From NCBI GenBank assembly GCA_049860595.1, contig CP187551.1: a stretch of DNA of 64,000 nt. One strand, 5' to 3'. This document shows, one piece after another, positions 51,266 to 60,959 of the stretch (the stretch's first letter is position 1; every line of letters starts with the position of its first letter). The translations under genes were made by a program, and so were the position numbers. The stretch is from Methanocaldococcus sp. 16A. Lineage in GTDB: Archaea > AGJL01 > Methanococci > Methanococcales > Methanocaldococcaceae. The notes beneath the pieces are model-generated. The model ran no database searches, was not told the DNA's origin, and worked only from the letters and a program-made list of their open reading frames with translations.

Positions 51266-51303
51266 ATATATCTCCATAGAATAATTATTTTTAATGTTCA
51301 ATA

Positions 51304-52224
51304 TTATTTAATTTCCAACATTCTTTCAATAGCTTTTCGAGCTTTTTCAATAATATCTTTGTCTAATCTAACCTCATACTTCTCTTCTAAGAGACATTTT
51401 TCTATCTTCTCTAAGGTTATTCTTTTCATCTCATGGCAAATAGCATCTTCTCTTAATGGAATGAGAGTTTTCTTTTTACCTATTTTTTCAAGCTCTAATT
51501 CTATTCTATCTATAATCCCTACCTCTGTTCCTATTATAAACTCTTCATGGTCAGAATTTAACACTATTCTTATTATTCCACTGGTACTTGCTATATAATC
51601 TGCATTATCTTGCAGTTCTGGACTACACTCAGGATGAATTAAAACTTTAGCATTTGGATATTTCTCTTTAACTCTCTTTAAATCCTCCATTGTGAATTTT
51701 TTATGTACATAACAGCCCCCTCCTTCTGGAATTGGAATAATTTTTTTATCAGTTCTTTTCTGCACATAATAAGCTAAGTTGTTATCTGGACCAAATAAAA
51801 TTGTCTCTGCTTCTAAAGAATTAACTACTTTATCTGCATTTGCTGATGTGCAAGTTATATCTGCCAATGCCTTAGTTTCAGCTGTTGTATTTACATAAAC
51901 AACTAATGGGGCTTCTGGATATTTTTCCCTATATTTTTTTATAACCTCAGCGGATAATTGATGAGCCATTGGGCATTGAGTTCCCTCAATCTCGGGCATT
52001 AAAACTTTCTTATCAGGATTTAAGATTTTAGCAGACTCTCCCATAAAATCTACGCCACAAAATACTATTATATCAGCATCTGTTTCCTTTGCCTTAATGC
52101 AGAGTTCTAAAGAGTCCCCTAAAAAATCAGCTATTTTCTGTATTTCTTTTGGCTGGTAGTTGTGAGCTAAGATTATTGCATTTTTTTCTTCCTTTAATTT
52201 GTTTATTCTTTCTACTATATCCAT
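51304..52224 (-). CDS. nadA: Quinolinate synthase
   Basis: ILAHNYQ, GDSLEL, FCGVDFM, CPMA, YVNT, HPEC. Confidence 0.97.
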   Translation of the reverse strand: MDIVERINKLKEEKNAIILAHNYQPKEIQKIADFLGDSLELCIKAKETDADIIVFCGVDFMGESAKILNPDKKVLMPEIEGTQCPMAHQLSAEVIKKYREKYPEAPLVVYVNTTAETKALADITCTSANADKVVNSLEAETILFGPDNNLAYYVQKRTDKKIIPIPEGGGCYVHKKFTMEDLKRVKEKYPNAKVLIHPECSPELQDNADYIASTSGIIRIVLNSDHEEFIIGTEVGIIDRIELELEKIGKKKTLIPLREDAICHEMKRITLEKIEKCLLEEKYEVRLDKDIIEKARKAIERMLEIK

Positions 52225-52276
52225 AATATCCCTCATAATTTCATTATTGGAAGAGTTTTATATTTACTTTTGGACT

Positions 52277-53188
52277 TTATATTTTAAATCCATTTTTCTC
52301 TAATCTTTCAACAACTTTATCCCATGTTGGTAAATTTGTCTGGCAACCCTTTGCCTCAACAACATATGAAGCGGTTGCAGCTCCAATTAAACCACATTTC
52401 TCCAAATCATATCCTTTAACATAAGCTGATAAAAATCCTGCTCTATAACTATCTCCAGCACCTGTTGGGTCTGCAACAACCTCTGCTTTAATACACGGAA
52501 TCTCTATTTTTTTATCTTTGGTGTATATTACGCTACCCTTAGAACCTTTTGTTACTATTAATGCATCAACTCTCTCTAAGTAATCATTAATTTCAAAATT
52601 CAATAACTTTGAAGCCCTTTCAAATTCATGCCTATTCATAAACAATAAGTTTGTATGTTCAATAATCTCTAATAAACTTTCTTTTGAATATTGTGGTAAA
52701 TCCTGCCCAGGGTCGAAAGATACTAAATTATTCCCATAAGCTTTTTTTGCACATTTTAGGTTGAATTCTGGGTCTCCAGTAGTTATATGAACAATTTCTG
52801 TATTGAAGTTTGGTGGATTTAATTCTTTATAGTGCTTAGCCGCCCCCCATAAGAAGAAAGTAATTTGGTTATTATCTTTATCTGTAAATATCCATGCTTT
52901 TGGTGTTTCTTCGTCTTCAGAATAATAAAGTTTAGAAATATTTATTCCCAAATTCTTTAAATATCTCTCATATCCGCTGTTTTTAAAATCATAGCCAACA
53001 CATGATAAAAGTTCAGAATCTACACCAAGTTTTTTTATTCCTACTGCTGTATTTGCTGCAGCTCCTCCATAATACTTTCTTGCTGAAGGAATTTGAATCG
53101 AAGTATTAGGTTCTGGAAATTTTTCTACATTGAAAATATAATCAAGAGCTGTATGCCCTACACAGGTAATTTTTTCCATTTTTGCCAC
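52277..53188 (-). CDS. PfkB-family nucleoside kinase
   Basis: GGAAANTA, FDPGQ, DPTGAGDSYRAG. Confidence 0.92.
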   Translation of the reverse strand: MAKMEKITCVGHTALDYIFNVEKFPEPNTSIQIPSARKYYGGAAANTAVGIKKLGVDSELLSCVGYDFKNSGYERYLKNLGINISKLYYSEDEETPKAWIFTDKDNNQITFFLWGAAKHYKELNPPNFNTEIVHITTGDPEFNLKCAKKAYGNNLVSFDPGQDLPQYSKESLLEIIEHTNLLFMNRHEFERASKLLNFEINDYLERVDALIVTKGSKGSVIYTKDKKIEIPCIKAEVVADPTGAGDSYRAGFLSAYVKGYDLEKCGLIGAATASYVVEAKGCQTNLPTWDKVVERLEKNGFKI

Positions 53189-53299
53189 CTCTATAAAAAA
53201 TTAAAAATATGCTTTGCTATTAAACATAAAGACCTTAATCAAGCTTAATATAGTATATAGTATTTGGAGTTATTAGACATAAGCTTAAGCTTATTAAAG

Positions 53300-53312
53300 T
53301 GCGAAAGTCCTA
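53300..53312. repeat. Solo family A right terminus
   Basis: tgcgaaagtccta. Confidence 0.6.
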
Positions 53313-53373
53313 TATAGAATAACTTAAAAATTAAAATTATTGAACTATTACTTAAAGATTTTTAGGTGGGATA

Positions 53374-53760
53374 ATGATAAATATATCTGAAAATGCTGAA
53401 GCAAAAGAAATACTACCCATAGCTAAAGCTGTCCATATCTTAGTTAATAAACTTCCTGTATCTATGAGAAGTAAAAATAAACCTGGTGTTAGATTAGAAA
53501 AAGGAGAAGTTGTAGATACAAACTATGAAGGTTATGTTTTAAAATTGGCAATTAAAGAAGGAAAAGTTATTAGAGCTACACCTATTGTAGGACCTTATGC
53601 TGGACTCCCAGTTATTGTTGCTCCTATAAAAGATGGGGATAAAGTAGTAGGTGCTATTGGTGTAGTTGATATCACAGCAGGTATATTTGAAGATGTTATA
53701 GCTATTTCAAGAAGACCTGAATTATATAAGTTTCTTCCTGAAGATGCTTTTCCAAAATAA
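53374..53760 (+). CDS. Methanogen conserved protein (DUF2111-like)
   Basis: LPVSMRS, GPYAGLPVIVAPI, AIGVVD. Confidence 0.75.
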   Translation: MINISENAEAKEILPIAKAVHILVNKLPVSMRSKNKPGVRLEKGEVVDTNYEGYVLKLAIKEGKVIRATPIVGPYAGLPVIVAPIKDGDKVVGAIGVVDITAGIFEDVIAISRRPELYKFLPEDAFPK

Positions 53761-53778
53761 AAGTTTTAAGGTGATGAA

Positions 53779-54222
53779 ATGAAAAAAATATTCATATATC
53801 CTCCAAATAGTTTAATATTAACAGATTTAGTTGAAAGATTTGGACATAAGCCATTAAACCTAAATATAGTTATGGGAGAATTAGTTAGGAATCCAGAAAT
53901 AGACAGCCCTCCTATGAACATAACCGATGAAGAACCAAAAAAAGGTTTAAAATATGCCGCTGTAGAAGTTCCTTCTGGTGTTAGGGGAAGAATGGCTTTA
54001 ATTGGCCCTTTAATTGAAGAGGCTGAAGCAGCAATAATAATGGAAGATGCCCCTATTGCCTTTGGATGCATTGGATGTCAAAGAACAAATGAACTGACAC
54101 TCTATTTAGTAAGAAGAAAAAATATTCCAATATTGAGAGTTAAATACCCAACAAATGAAGAAGAGGCAGAAATTTTAGTTAATAAGATTGCTAATTTCTT
54201 AAAGAGCTTAGAAGAAAACTAA
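53779..54222 (+). CDS. Methanogenesis marker protein 5
   Basis: [44 protein letters not shown]. Confidence 0.88.
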   Translation: MKKIFIYPPNSLILTDLVERFGHKPLNLNIVMGELVRNPEIDSPPMNITDEEPKKGLKYAAVEVPSGVRGRMALIGPLIEEAEAAIIMEDAPIAFGCIGCQRTNELTLYLVRRKNIPILRVKYPTNEEEAEILVNKIANFLKSLEEN

Positions 54223-54241
54223 ATATTAAATTGGTGATAAG

Positions 54242-54448
54242 ATGGAATGTCCCAACAAAGAAATTAATTTAAATAGGTGTAATTGCAGTTATCCTTCATG
54301 CTCTAAAAAGGGAATGTGCTGTGAATGTTTGCATTATCATTTAAAAAATAGACAGTTACCTGCTTGCTGTTTCCCACCTGATGTAGAAAAAACCTATGAT
54401 AGGAGTTTTGAAACATTTGCAAAGCTTGTTTTAGAAGGGAAGATTTAA
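54242..54448 (+). CDS. Small Cys-rich protein (DUF6485-like)
   Basis: [16 protein letters not shown]....QLPAC, TYDRS. Confidence 0.75.
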   Translation: MECPNKEINLNRCNCSYPSCSKKGMCCECLHYHLKNRQLPACCFPPDVEKTYDRSFETFAKLVLEGKI

Positions 54449-54472
54449 TATTAAATAAAAAATAATAAAATT

Positions 54473-55486
54473 TTATTCCAAAACTTCTTTAATAGCATAC
54501 CATTTTTTTATTGAAGTTGGTTTAATTATACCATTGATAACATCATAAAATAAAATTTCATTTTTTATCAAAAATTTAGCCTCATCCATAAGATTGTTTT
54601 TTATTATCTCTTTGATATCAACTTTTATTTTACTTTCAAATAATTTCAGAGCATTTTCTAAATTTTTCATCTCAAATTCCTTTTGAGTCGATATTAAATA
54701 TAGAATCTTATCCCTCTCAATATTAATCCACTGCTTTATTGCTTCTTCAACAGATAAACCTAATTTTTTCTTATCCACCAATGCAGAGATTTCATAAGGT
54801 AATGATATATAATTCAAAGCATAATTAACCTCTTCTTCACTAAAACCCTCTGCTTTTAGAATGTTTTTAATATCTTCTTTATTTAACCAGTCAATTAAAT
54901 AATATTCAGAAGTATTCTCTAATGTAGAGTTCTTATAAATTTCCTCAATAAACAAAGTATCGGAAGTTAAGCAAATTACATGGCAAAGATGTTCCATCTT
55001 AGTTAAAGAGACAAAGAGATTAAATAACTCATTCAATAATGATTTACCTCCATTGAAATAGATATTTTTCAATTTTTGAAGTTCATCTATAACCAATACA
55101 GGTTTCTTTCCTTCTTTAACAACAGCATTTATACTTTCGTTTATTTTAGCAAATACATCATTTAACTTTATATTATTAAAATCAAAACTTTCCTCTACTC
55201 CAAATTTGAATATTTTAAAGTTAAGTTCTAATTTATTTAGTAAATATTTTTTATCTGATTTTTCAAAAAATATACTCAAAAACTCTTCTTTTGTTGGTGT
55301 TGCATATTTTCTTAAGTTGTAATAAAAAAACACTATATCACTATTTTCCAACTCTTTAATAACTCTTCTCATTACCGTTGATTTTCCTGATGATTTTGGT
55401 CCATAAACAAACAATATTGAGTTTGGCTCTAATAAACAATAATTTTTTAAAAAATTTACTTCTTTCTCTCGATTATAGAATTTCAT
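54473..55486 (-). CDS. Archaeal MJ-type P-loop ATPase (ATPase_2 family)
   Basis: FYNREKE, GPKSSGKS, VIDELQ. Confidence 0.88.
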   Translation of the reverse strand: MKFYNREKEVNFLKNYCLLEPNSILFVYGPKSSGKSTVMRRVIKELENSDIVFFYYNLRKYATPTKEEFLSIFFEKSDKKYLLNKLELNFKIFKFGVEESFDFNNIKLNDVFAKINESINAVVKEGKKPVLVIDELQKLKNIYFNGGKSLLNELFNLFVSLTKMEHLCHVICLTSDTLFIEEIYKNSTLENTSEYYLIDWLNKEDIKNILKAEGFSEEEVNYALNYISLPYEISALVDKKKLGLSVEEAIKQWINIERDKILYLISTQKEFEMKNLENALKLFESKIKVDIKEIIKNNLMDEAKFLIKNEILFYDVINGIIKPTSIKKWYAIKEVLE

Positions 55487-55517
55487 AATACTCACCAATG
55501 TAAATTTCACCTTTTAT

Positions 55518-55589
55518 ATTACGAGATATTGCCGAGCGAAGCGAGGCAATGCATCCTGGGGTATACCAATAGGGGCGAAGCCCCTATGG
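55518..55589. repeat. REP-like double-hairpin cassette
   Basis: attgcc-gagcgaagcga-ggcaat, ggtatacc, ataggggc-gaa-gcccctat. Confidence 0.85.
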
Positions 55590-55616
55590 TTAGTAGAAAT
55601 TAAAAAATAGCATATT

Positions 55617-56480
55617 TTATTCAACAATTGCTGATGCATAACCAACAACTGCTGAATAATCTCCAGTTATATCCCCAGATGTTGAATAAGCCAATAATTT
55701 AGCTTTTTCAGCTCCTAAGGTTTTCATGGCTTTTAACATGGCTATTACTGGTCCATATCCGCACATTGAAATGTTGTAATTTACAACATCTTCATACAAA
55801 TCTTTTTCATTCATCTCTAAGATGTCTTTAATAACTATAGCATCCTTTTTTGATGCTACTTCTTGTGGTTCATAGTGGGTTAAGTCTGAAGATGCAATAA
55901 TAACTACTCTTCTGTTTAACTCCTTAGCAATCTTAGCTATGAAATAACCAACCTCTACAGCAGTTTCATAATCTTGGAACATCATACATATTGGAACTAT
56001 CTTAAATTTAGCTATATTTAATAATTCCAAATGCTTTAAAAATGGTAATTGCACTTCAATTGAATGCTCATTTAGATGGGCTGTTTCATCTAAATCAACT
56101 ATCTCACACTTCCTCCAAAGCTCTTCAACAAACTCCTCATCACATTTCACATCTCCCAATGGAGTTCTCCAAATTCCATCCATTACACTAACTCCCGAAC
56201 CTAAGCCAGTATGATTAGGGCCTAAAATAATAGCAGTTATTGGCTCTATAGCATCAACTCTCTTTGATAGTTCATAATAAGAGTGAGCTTGTATAGGACC
56301 TGAATAAACATAACCTGCATGAGGACAGAGCAAACCTACAGGTTTTTCATAATTTCCATGAGTTGGCATTGATTTTGGCCCAAATTTATGCAAATAACAT
56401 TGCTCAATTAATTCTATAAGCTCATCAGGATGTGATGGATAAAACATTCCTGCAACTGCTGGATATCTAATTTTACTCAT
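55617..56480 (-). CDS. MEMO1-family protein (AmmeMemoRadiSam B)
   Basis: [46 protein letters not shown]. Confidence 0.93.
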   Translation of the reverse strand: MSKIRYPAVAGMFYPSHPDELIELIEQCYLHKFGPKSMPTHGNYEKPVGLLCPHAGYVYSGPIQAHSYYELSKRVDAIEPITAIILGPNHTGLGSGVSVMDGIWRTPLGDVKCDEEFVEELWRKCEIVDLDETAHLNEHSIEVQLPFLKHLELLNIAKFKIVPICMMFQDYETAVEVGYFIAKIAKELNRRVVIIASSDLTHYEPQEVASKKDAIVIKDILEMNEKDLYEDVVNYNISMCGYGPVIAMLKAMKTLGAEKAKLLAYSTSGDITGDYSAVVGYASAIVE

Positions 56481-56596
56481 GATTCCCCCCTAATGAATTT
56501 GTTAAAACATTATAACTTAATATTTAAAGTTGTCTTTTGTTGTTTATATAAGTATTTGTGTATATATATGACACTACAAAACATAAAACCAAAAAA

Positions 56597-56622
56597 TATT
56601 TATATTTTTACACATATGTGTA
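56597..56622 (+). promoter_or_regulatory. TATA box followed by perfect 14-bp palindrome TACACATATGTGTA
   Basis: tatttata at 56597, palindrome at 56609-56622, 26 bp before the ATG. Confidence 0.6.
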
Positions 56623-56648
56623 TTATTAGAAAGTAATGAGGTGAAAAT

Positions 56649-56939
56649 ATGTTCGGATGGGGAAGAGGATTTGGTAGAAGATTTTGGAGATACTTCCCAG
56701 TTAGCACTGTTGGAGGAAGGTACAGATATGTAGGACCTTGCAGATGTGGTTTAGGACCACATGCATTCTATGTTGATGATAAAACTGGAGCTTTAGTTCA
56801 TGCATGGGATTTATACAGAGGCTCTGATGAGAGAGCATATTTAGAAGAGACCATAAGAGAGTTAGAAGAAGAGAAAAGGTTATTAGAAGAAGAATTAGAA
56901 AGAATTAAAAAAAGATTGGATGAATTAAAGAAAGATTAA
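56649..56939 (+). CDS. Gly/Arg-rich protein with CRCG..H motif and C-terminal coiled coil (DUF5320-like)
   Basis: GWGRGFGRR, GPCRCGLGPH, heptad tail; strong gaggtga RBS. Confidence 0.75.
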   Translation: MFGWGRGFGRRFWRYFPVSTVGGRYRYVGPCRCGLGPHAFYVDDKTGALVHAWDLYRGSDERAYLEETIRELEEEKRLLEEELERIKKRLDELKKD

Positions 56940-56947
56940 GTGATACA

Positions 56948-57148
56948 ATGGAAATGAAAAAATTTTTATGCTCTAAATGTCAAAAAATTATTGAAGTCCC
57001 TTATGGAGTACCAAAACCAGATGTTTGCCCATACTGCGGAGCTCCAGCAACATTTATCCATAGAATAGATGCTGGCGGAAGAGGGTTAGGAATAGGAAGA
57101 GGTAGAAGATGCGGAATGAGAATGATGGAAAAATTGGGAAGAGAATAG
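56948..57148 (+). CDS. Rubredoxin-like zinc-ribbon protein with Gly/Arg-rich tail
   Basis: CSKC...EVPYG...CPYCG, GGRGLGIGRGRRC. Confidence 0.75.
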   Translation: MEMKKFLCSKCQKIIEVPYGVPKPDVCPYCGAPATFIHRIDAGGRGLGIGRGRRCGMRMMEKLGRE

Positions 57149-57246
57149 ATTAAAAACTTTTCTTTTTTATTTTGTACATCCATATATTCAAATTAATCTT
57201 TCAAAAAAATAAACAAAAAAATAAAGAAATTAAAACATTAAGTCTT

Positions 57247-58068
57247 TTATTTCTTCCTAATTTCTTTTAACGCCTCTTCAACATCTACATTTTCATGAAC
57301 TATTTTACAAACAGCTCTTGTTATGCCAACAACATCATCATGTTGGAATATGTTTCTACCAACTGCTACTCCAGCAGCTCCAGCTTCCATGGCATCTTTA
57401 ATCATTTGCAAGAACTCTTCATCTGTATTTGTTTTTGGACCTCCAGCAACAACAATTGGAGCTGGACAGCCTTTAACAACTTCTTTAAATGAATCAATAT
57501 CTCCTGTATAGCTTGTTTTAACAATATCTGCTCCTAACTCAGCTCCCAATCTCGCTGCATGAGCAACTAACTCAGGGTCTCTTTCATTTTGAATGTGTTT
57601 CCCTCTTGGATACATCATTGCTATTAGAGGCATTCCCCAGTATTCGCATGTTTCAGCTATCATCCCCAAATCTCTGTATGCCTCCCAATCTTCATCTGAA
57701 CCAACATTTACATGAATTGAGACTGCATCAGCTCCCATTCTTATAGCTTCTTCAACAGTTGTAACAATAACTTTCTTTAATGGATTTGGTGATATTGCTG
57801 TTCCACCAGAGAGGTGGATAATTAATCCCACATCTTTGCCATATCCTCTGTGCCCATGTCTAACAATTCCTTTATGCAAGAGAACAGCGTTAGCCCCTCC
57901 TTCAGCAACATCATTTACTGTTTTTTTCATATCAATAAGCCCTTTAATTGGACCGTTTGAAACTCCATGGTCCATTGGAACAATTACCGTCTTTTCACTT
58001 TCTCTGTTGAATATTCTTTCTAATCTTACAAGTTTTCCAAGGTTTTTTATATCCTTAAATAATTCCAT
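57247..58068 (-). CDS. aroA': 2-amino-3,7-dideoxy-D-threo-hept-6-ulosonate synthase (class IA aldolase)
   Basis: [35 protein letters not shown]. Confidence 0.9.
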   Translation of the reverse strand: MELFKDIKNLGKLVRLERIFNRESEKTVIVPMDHGVSNGPIKGLIDMKKTVNDVAEGGANAVLLHKGIVRHGHRGYGKDVGLIIHLSGGTAISPNPLKKVIVTTVEEAIRMGADAVSIHVNVGSDEDWEAYRDLGMIAETCEYWGMPLIAMMYPRGKHIQNERDPELVAHAARLGAELGADIVKTSYTGDIDSFKEVVKGCPAPIVVAGGPKTNTDEEFLQMIKDAMEAGAAGVAVGRNIFQHDDVVGITRAVCKIVHENVDVEEALKEIRKK

Positions 58069-58170
58069 ATTCTCACATTTACACATTTTATTAATTTATT
58101 ATAGATAAGAGTTAAAATTTTAATATAGAGATATCAGATATCAATATTTAAAATTTGTGTTGGTGATTTA

Positions 58171-59502
58171 ATGGTATTTAAAGCTTATGATATTAGAGGA
58201 ATTTATGATAAAGAGTTGGATGAAAACTTTGCATATTCCTTAGGAAAATGTGTGGGGGAAAAATTTGAAAATAAAAAGATATTGGTTGGGAATGATGTAA
58301 GAATTGGTTCTAAAAAACTTCTACCATACTTTATAGTTGGTTTGAAAGAACATGCAGATGTATTTTATGCTGGAACTATATCAACACCTTTAATGTATTT
58401 TGGAACTAAAGGGAAGTATGATTTGGGAGTTATATTGACAGCTTCCCACAACCCTCCAGAATATACTGGATTTAAGATGTGTGATAAAAAAGCTATCCCA
58501 TTATCGCCAATAGAAGAAATAAAACCAATATTTAAAAAATATGATTTATCAGAAAGTGTAAAAGAAGAGGTTAAAAATCTAAACTTGGATGATTTCAAAG
58601 TTGATGTTATTGATGAGTATAAAAAGTTCTTTTTGAAAAGATGTGATGTGTCTGACAAAAAGATAGCTGTTGATTTTGCAAATGGAGCTACAACAATAGC
58701 TGAGAAAGAGATTTTAAATGAGTTGTTTGATAATGCCATCTTTATAAATGATTATCCCGATGGCTCTTTCCCTGCTCATCAGCCAGATACCTTAAAGATG
58801 GAATGCTTAAAAGATATAATAAAAGCCGTTAAAGAAAGTAACTGTGATTTAGGTTTAATTTTTGATGGGGATGGAGATAGATTGGGAATTGTTGATGAAA
58901 ATGGGAATGTTTTGAGAGGGGATATATTAACAGCTATAATGGCTGAAGAGATTTTAAAAGAAAAGCCAAAAGCTAAGATAGTTTATGATTTAAGATGTTC
59001 TAAAATAGTTCCAGAAATTATTGAGAAATATGGAGGAATACCAATAAAAAGTAGAGTTGGGCACTATTTCATTAAAAAGTTAATGCATGAAATTGATGCT
59101 GAATTTGCTGGAGAGCTAAGTAATCATTTTTACTTTAAAGAAATTGGTTATTTTGAGAGTCCATTGTTAGCTTTAAACTATATTTTAAAAGCTATGGAAG
59201 ATAAAACATTGTCTAAGCTAAATAAGGAATTTAATAAATATCCTCACAGTGGAGAGATAAACTTCAGAGTCAAAGACCAGAAATACATCATGGAAAAAAT
59301 AAAGGAGCATTTTAAAGATTGTAAACTTGAAGAGTTGGATGGAATATCTATTTATTGTAAAAACTTCTGGTTTAATTTAAGACCTTCAAATACTGAGCCG
59401 TTGTTAAGATTAAACTTAGAAGCAGATGATGAGAAAACAATGAAAGAGATGGTTGAAAAGATTAAAAAATTAATTGCAGAGTTTGATAAATCTTTAGAAT
59501 AA
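58171..59502 (+). CDS. Phosphomannomutase/phosphoglucomutase
   Basis: FKAYDIRG, TASHNP, FDGDGDR, GELSNH, RPSNTEP. Confidence 0.95.
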   Translation: MVFKAYDIRGIYDKELDENFAYSLGKCVGEKFENKKILVGNDVRIGSKKLLPYFIVGLKEHADVFYAGTISTPLMYFGTKGKYDLGVILTASHNPPEYTGFKMCDKKAIPLSPIEEIKPIFKKYDLSESVKEEVKNLNLDDFKVDVIDEYKKFFLKRCDVSDKKIAVDFANGATTIAEKEILNELFDNAIFINDYPDGSFPAHQPDTLKMECLKDIIKAVKESNCDLGLIFDGDGDRLGIVDENGNVLRGDILTAIMAEEILKEKPKAKIVYDLRCSKIVPEIIEKYGGIPIKSRVGHYFIKKLMHEIDAEFAGELSNHFYFKEIGYFESPLLALNYILKAMEDKTLSKLNKEFNKYPHSGEINFRVKDQKYIMEKIKEHFKDCKLEELDGISIYCKNFWFNLRPSNTEPLLRLNLEADDEKTMKEMVEKIKKLIAEFDKSLE

Positions 59503-59606
59503 TAACTTTCCAAATTTTTATGGTTGTGTCTTTATCATACACTAAACCAAAATTTTTATATATTGGTTTGTAGCTATAGTAACTTTGCTTGTTTTAGATT
59601 GGAAGA

Positions 59607-59685
59607 AGCGGGGTAGGGTAGCCAGGTCCATCCCGCCGGGCTCATAACCCGGAGATCGGAGGTTCAAATCCTCCCCCCGCTACCA
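59607..59685 (+). tRNA. Initiator tRNA-Met(CAT)
   Basis: A1:U72 acceptor AGCGGGG/CCCCGCT, three G-C pairs in CCGGG-CT-CAT-AA-CCCGG, encoded CCA; TATA near 59555. Confidence 0.97.
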
Positions 59686-59754
59686 TATCTATTTTTTATT
59701 TTACAACCTTATATTTATTTAATTAAATATATAGATATAAAATTCAATAAAATA

Positions 59755-59826
59755 AATGTTCCCCCCGTATCCTACCCTCTCTCATCCATAGCACAGCTTA
59801 GTCGAGAGCGTGGGCCTCGGGGGGAT
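59755..59826 (-). ncRNA. Probable single-hairpin H/ACA guide sRNA
   Basis: Minus strand: lower stem CCCCCCG/CGGGGGG, internal pocket, upper stem CUCUC/GAGAG, K-loop GA..GAUGA, ACA just after the stem. Confidence 0.7.
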
Positions 59827-59860
59827 TATATTCCATTTTTGTATTTTTGATATAAATAAT

Positions 59861-60790
59861 TTATTCCAAGGTTCCTATTCCAAGTATTCTTATCTTTGCA
59901 CTACCATCAATTAAACATAATTTATCTCCAACATCATAAGCAATTTCCTTTTGTAGAGAAAGATTTATTTTGTTGTTATTTACTTCTTCAACAACACATG
60001 AAACACTTTGCAAACCAACAATTATTTGGTAGTTTTCTCCTTCTTTTACAGTTTTTTGCATAAATGGATTCCAATTAATGTTGATTTCAATCTCTTTAGC
60101 AACTTTTAACTCACCATTTGATAGTATCATCCCTCTATCCAACTCGTCTGTAGTTATTCCTTTTAAAGCTAAACCTACTCTATTTCCTGCTTTTGCCTCT
60201 TTAAAATCATTATCATGTATTTGAATACTTCTAACCATAACTGTTTTGTCTGTTGGATATACTCTTAAATTATCATGAACCTTCACAGTTCCAGTTTCAA
60301 CTTTTCCTAATATAACTGTCCCTACACTTCTAACTGTAAAGTAGTGGTCTATTGGAATTTTGACAATTCCCTCATAATCTCTATCTACATTTAAATTAAC
60401 CATCTTTTCTCTAATGTTTATAAAATCTTTCTCTAAGATTTCAAAATCCTTCATTGATGTTTGAGATATGATATTTTTCAACATGTCTAAATCAACATAA
60501 TCTCCAACAACAAAAGCTCCTCTATTTATTCCAAACATGTCCAATGCTAAAAGAGTTTCTCCTAACTCTCCTGTAATCTCATCTATAAAAACTAAAGCAT
60601 AATCCATCATATTTATTGCATATATTAAAGGGTTTATTTTATCTGGGTATCTTGTAGGCTCAACATAACAAATAGCTTTATTCCCTTGCTTGTAGTTATA
60701 TAATGTTATATCTGTTGAAGTTCCTTTTTTCCCTAACTCTTTTCCAACTCCTTCAATATGCCCAAATAATCCTACGGTCAAACCTTCCAT
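59861..60790 (-). CDS. SelB-like / EF-Tu-like protein with degenerate G domain (aSelBL type)
   Basis: Domain II PIDHYFTVRSVGTVILG..G, VRSIQIHD, GNRVGLAL; N-terminus LGKKGTSTDIT lacks GxxxxGK[ST]. Confidence 0.8.
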   Translation of the reverse strand: MEGLTVGLFGHIEGVGKELGKKGTSTDITLYNYKQGNKAICYVEPTRYPDKINPLIYAINMMDYALVFIDEITGELGETLLALDMFGINRGAFVVGDYVDLDMLKNIISQTSMKDFEILEKDFINIREKMVNLNVDRDYEGIVKIPIDHYFTVRSVGTVILGKVETGTVKVHDNLRVYPTDKTVMVRSIQIHDNDFKEAKAGNRVGLALKGITTDELDRGMILSNGELKVAKEIEININWNPFMQKTVKEGENYQIIVGLQSVSCVVEEVNNNKINLSLQKEIAYDVGDKLCLIDGSAKIRILGIGTLE

Positions 60791-60959
60791 TTAATCACCA
60801 TAATTAATATTTTTAGTAACCCAATTATTTTCTCTAAAGAATTAACTATTTAAGAGTAATTATAACTTTATTATCCTAATACATTGTAAGATTTATAAAA
60901 CATTGATTACATAATTAGTAAGTTGTACAACAATTGTTAGGTAGTGTTAGGTGGTGATA

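Noticed and set aside
59861-60790. Call as true SelB or as a pseudogene of EF-1alpha
   Set aside because: Uninterrupted ORF with a good RBS, but lacks G motifs and the SelB C-terminal extension; fits the SelB-like family better
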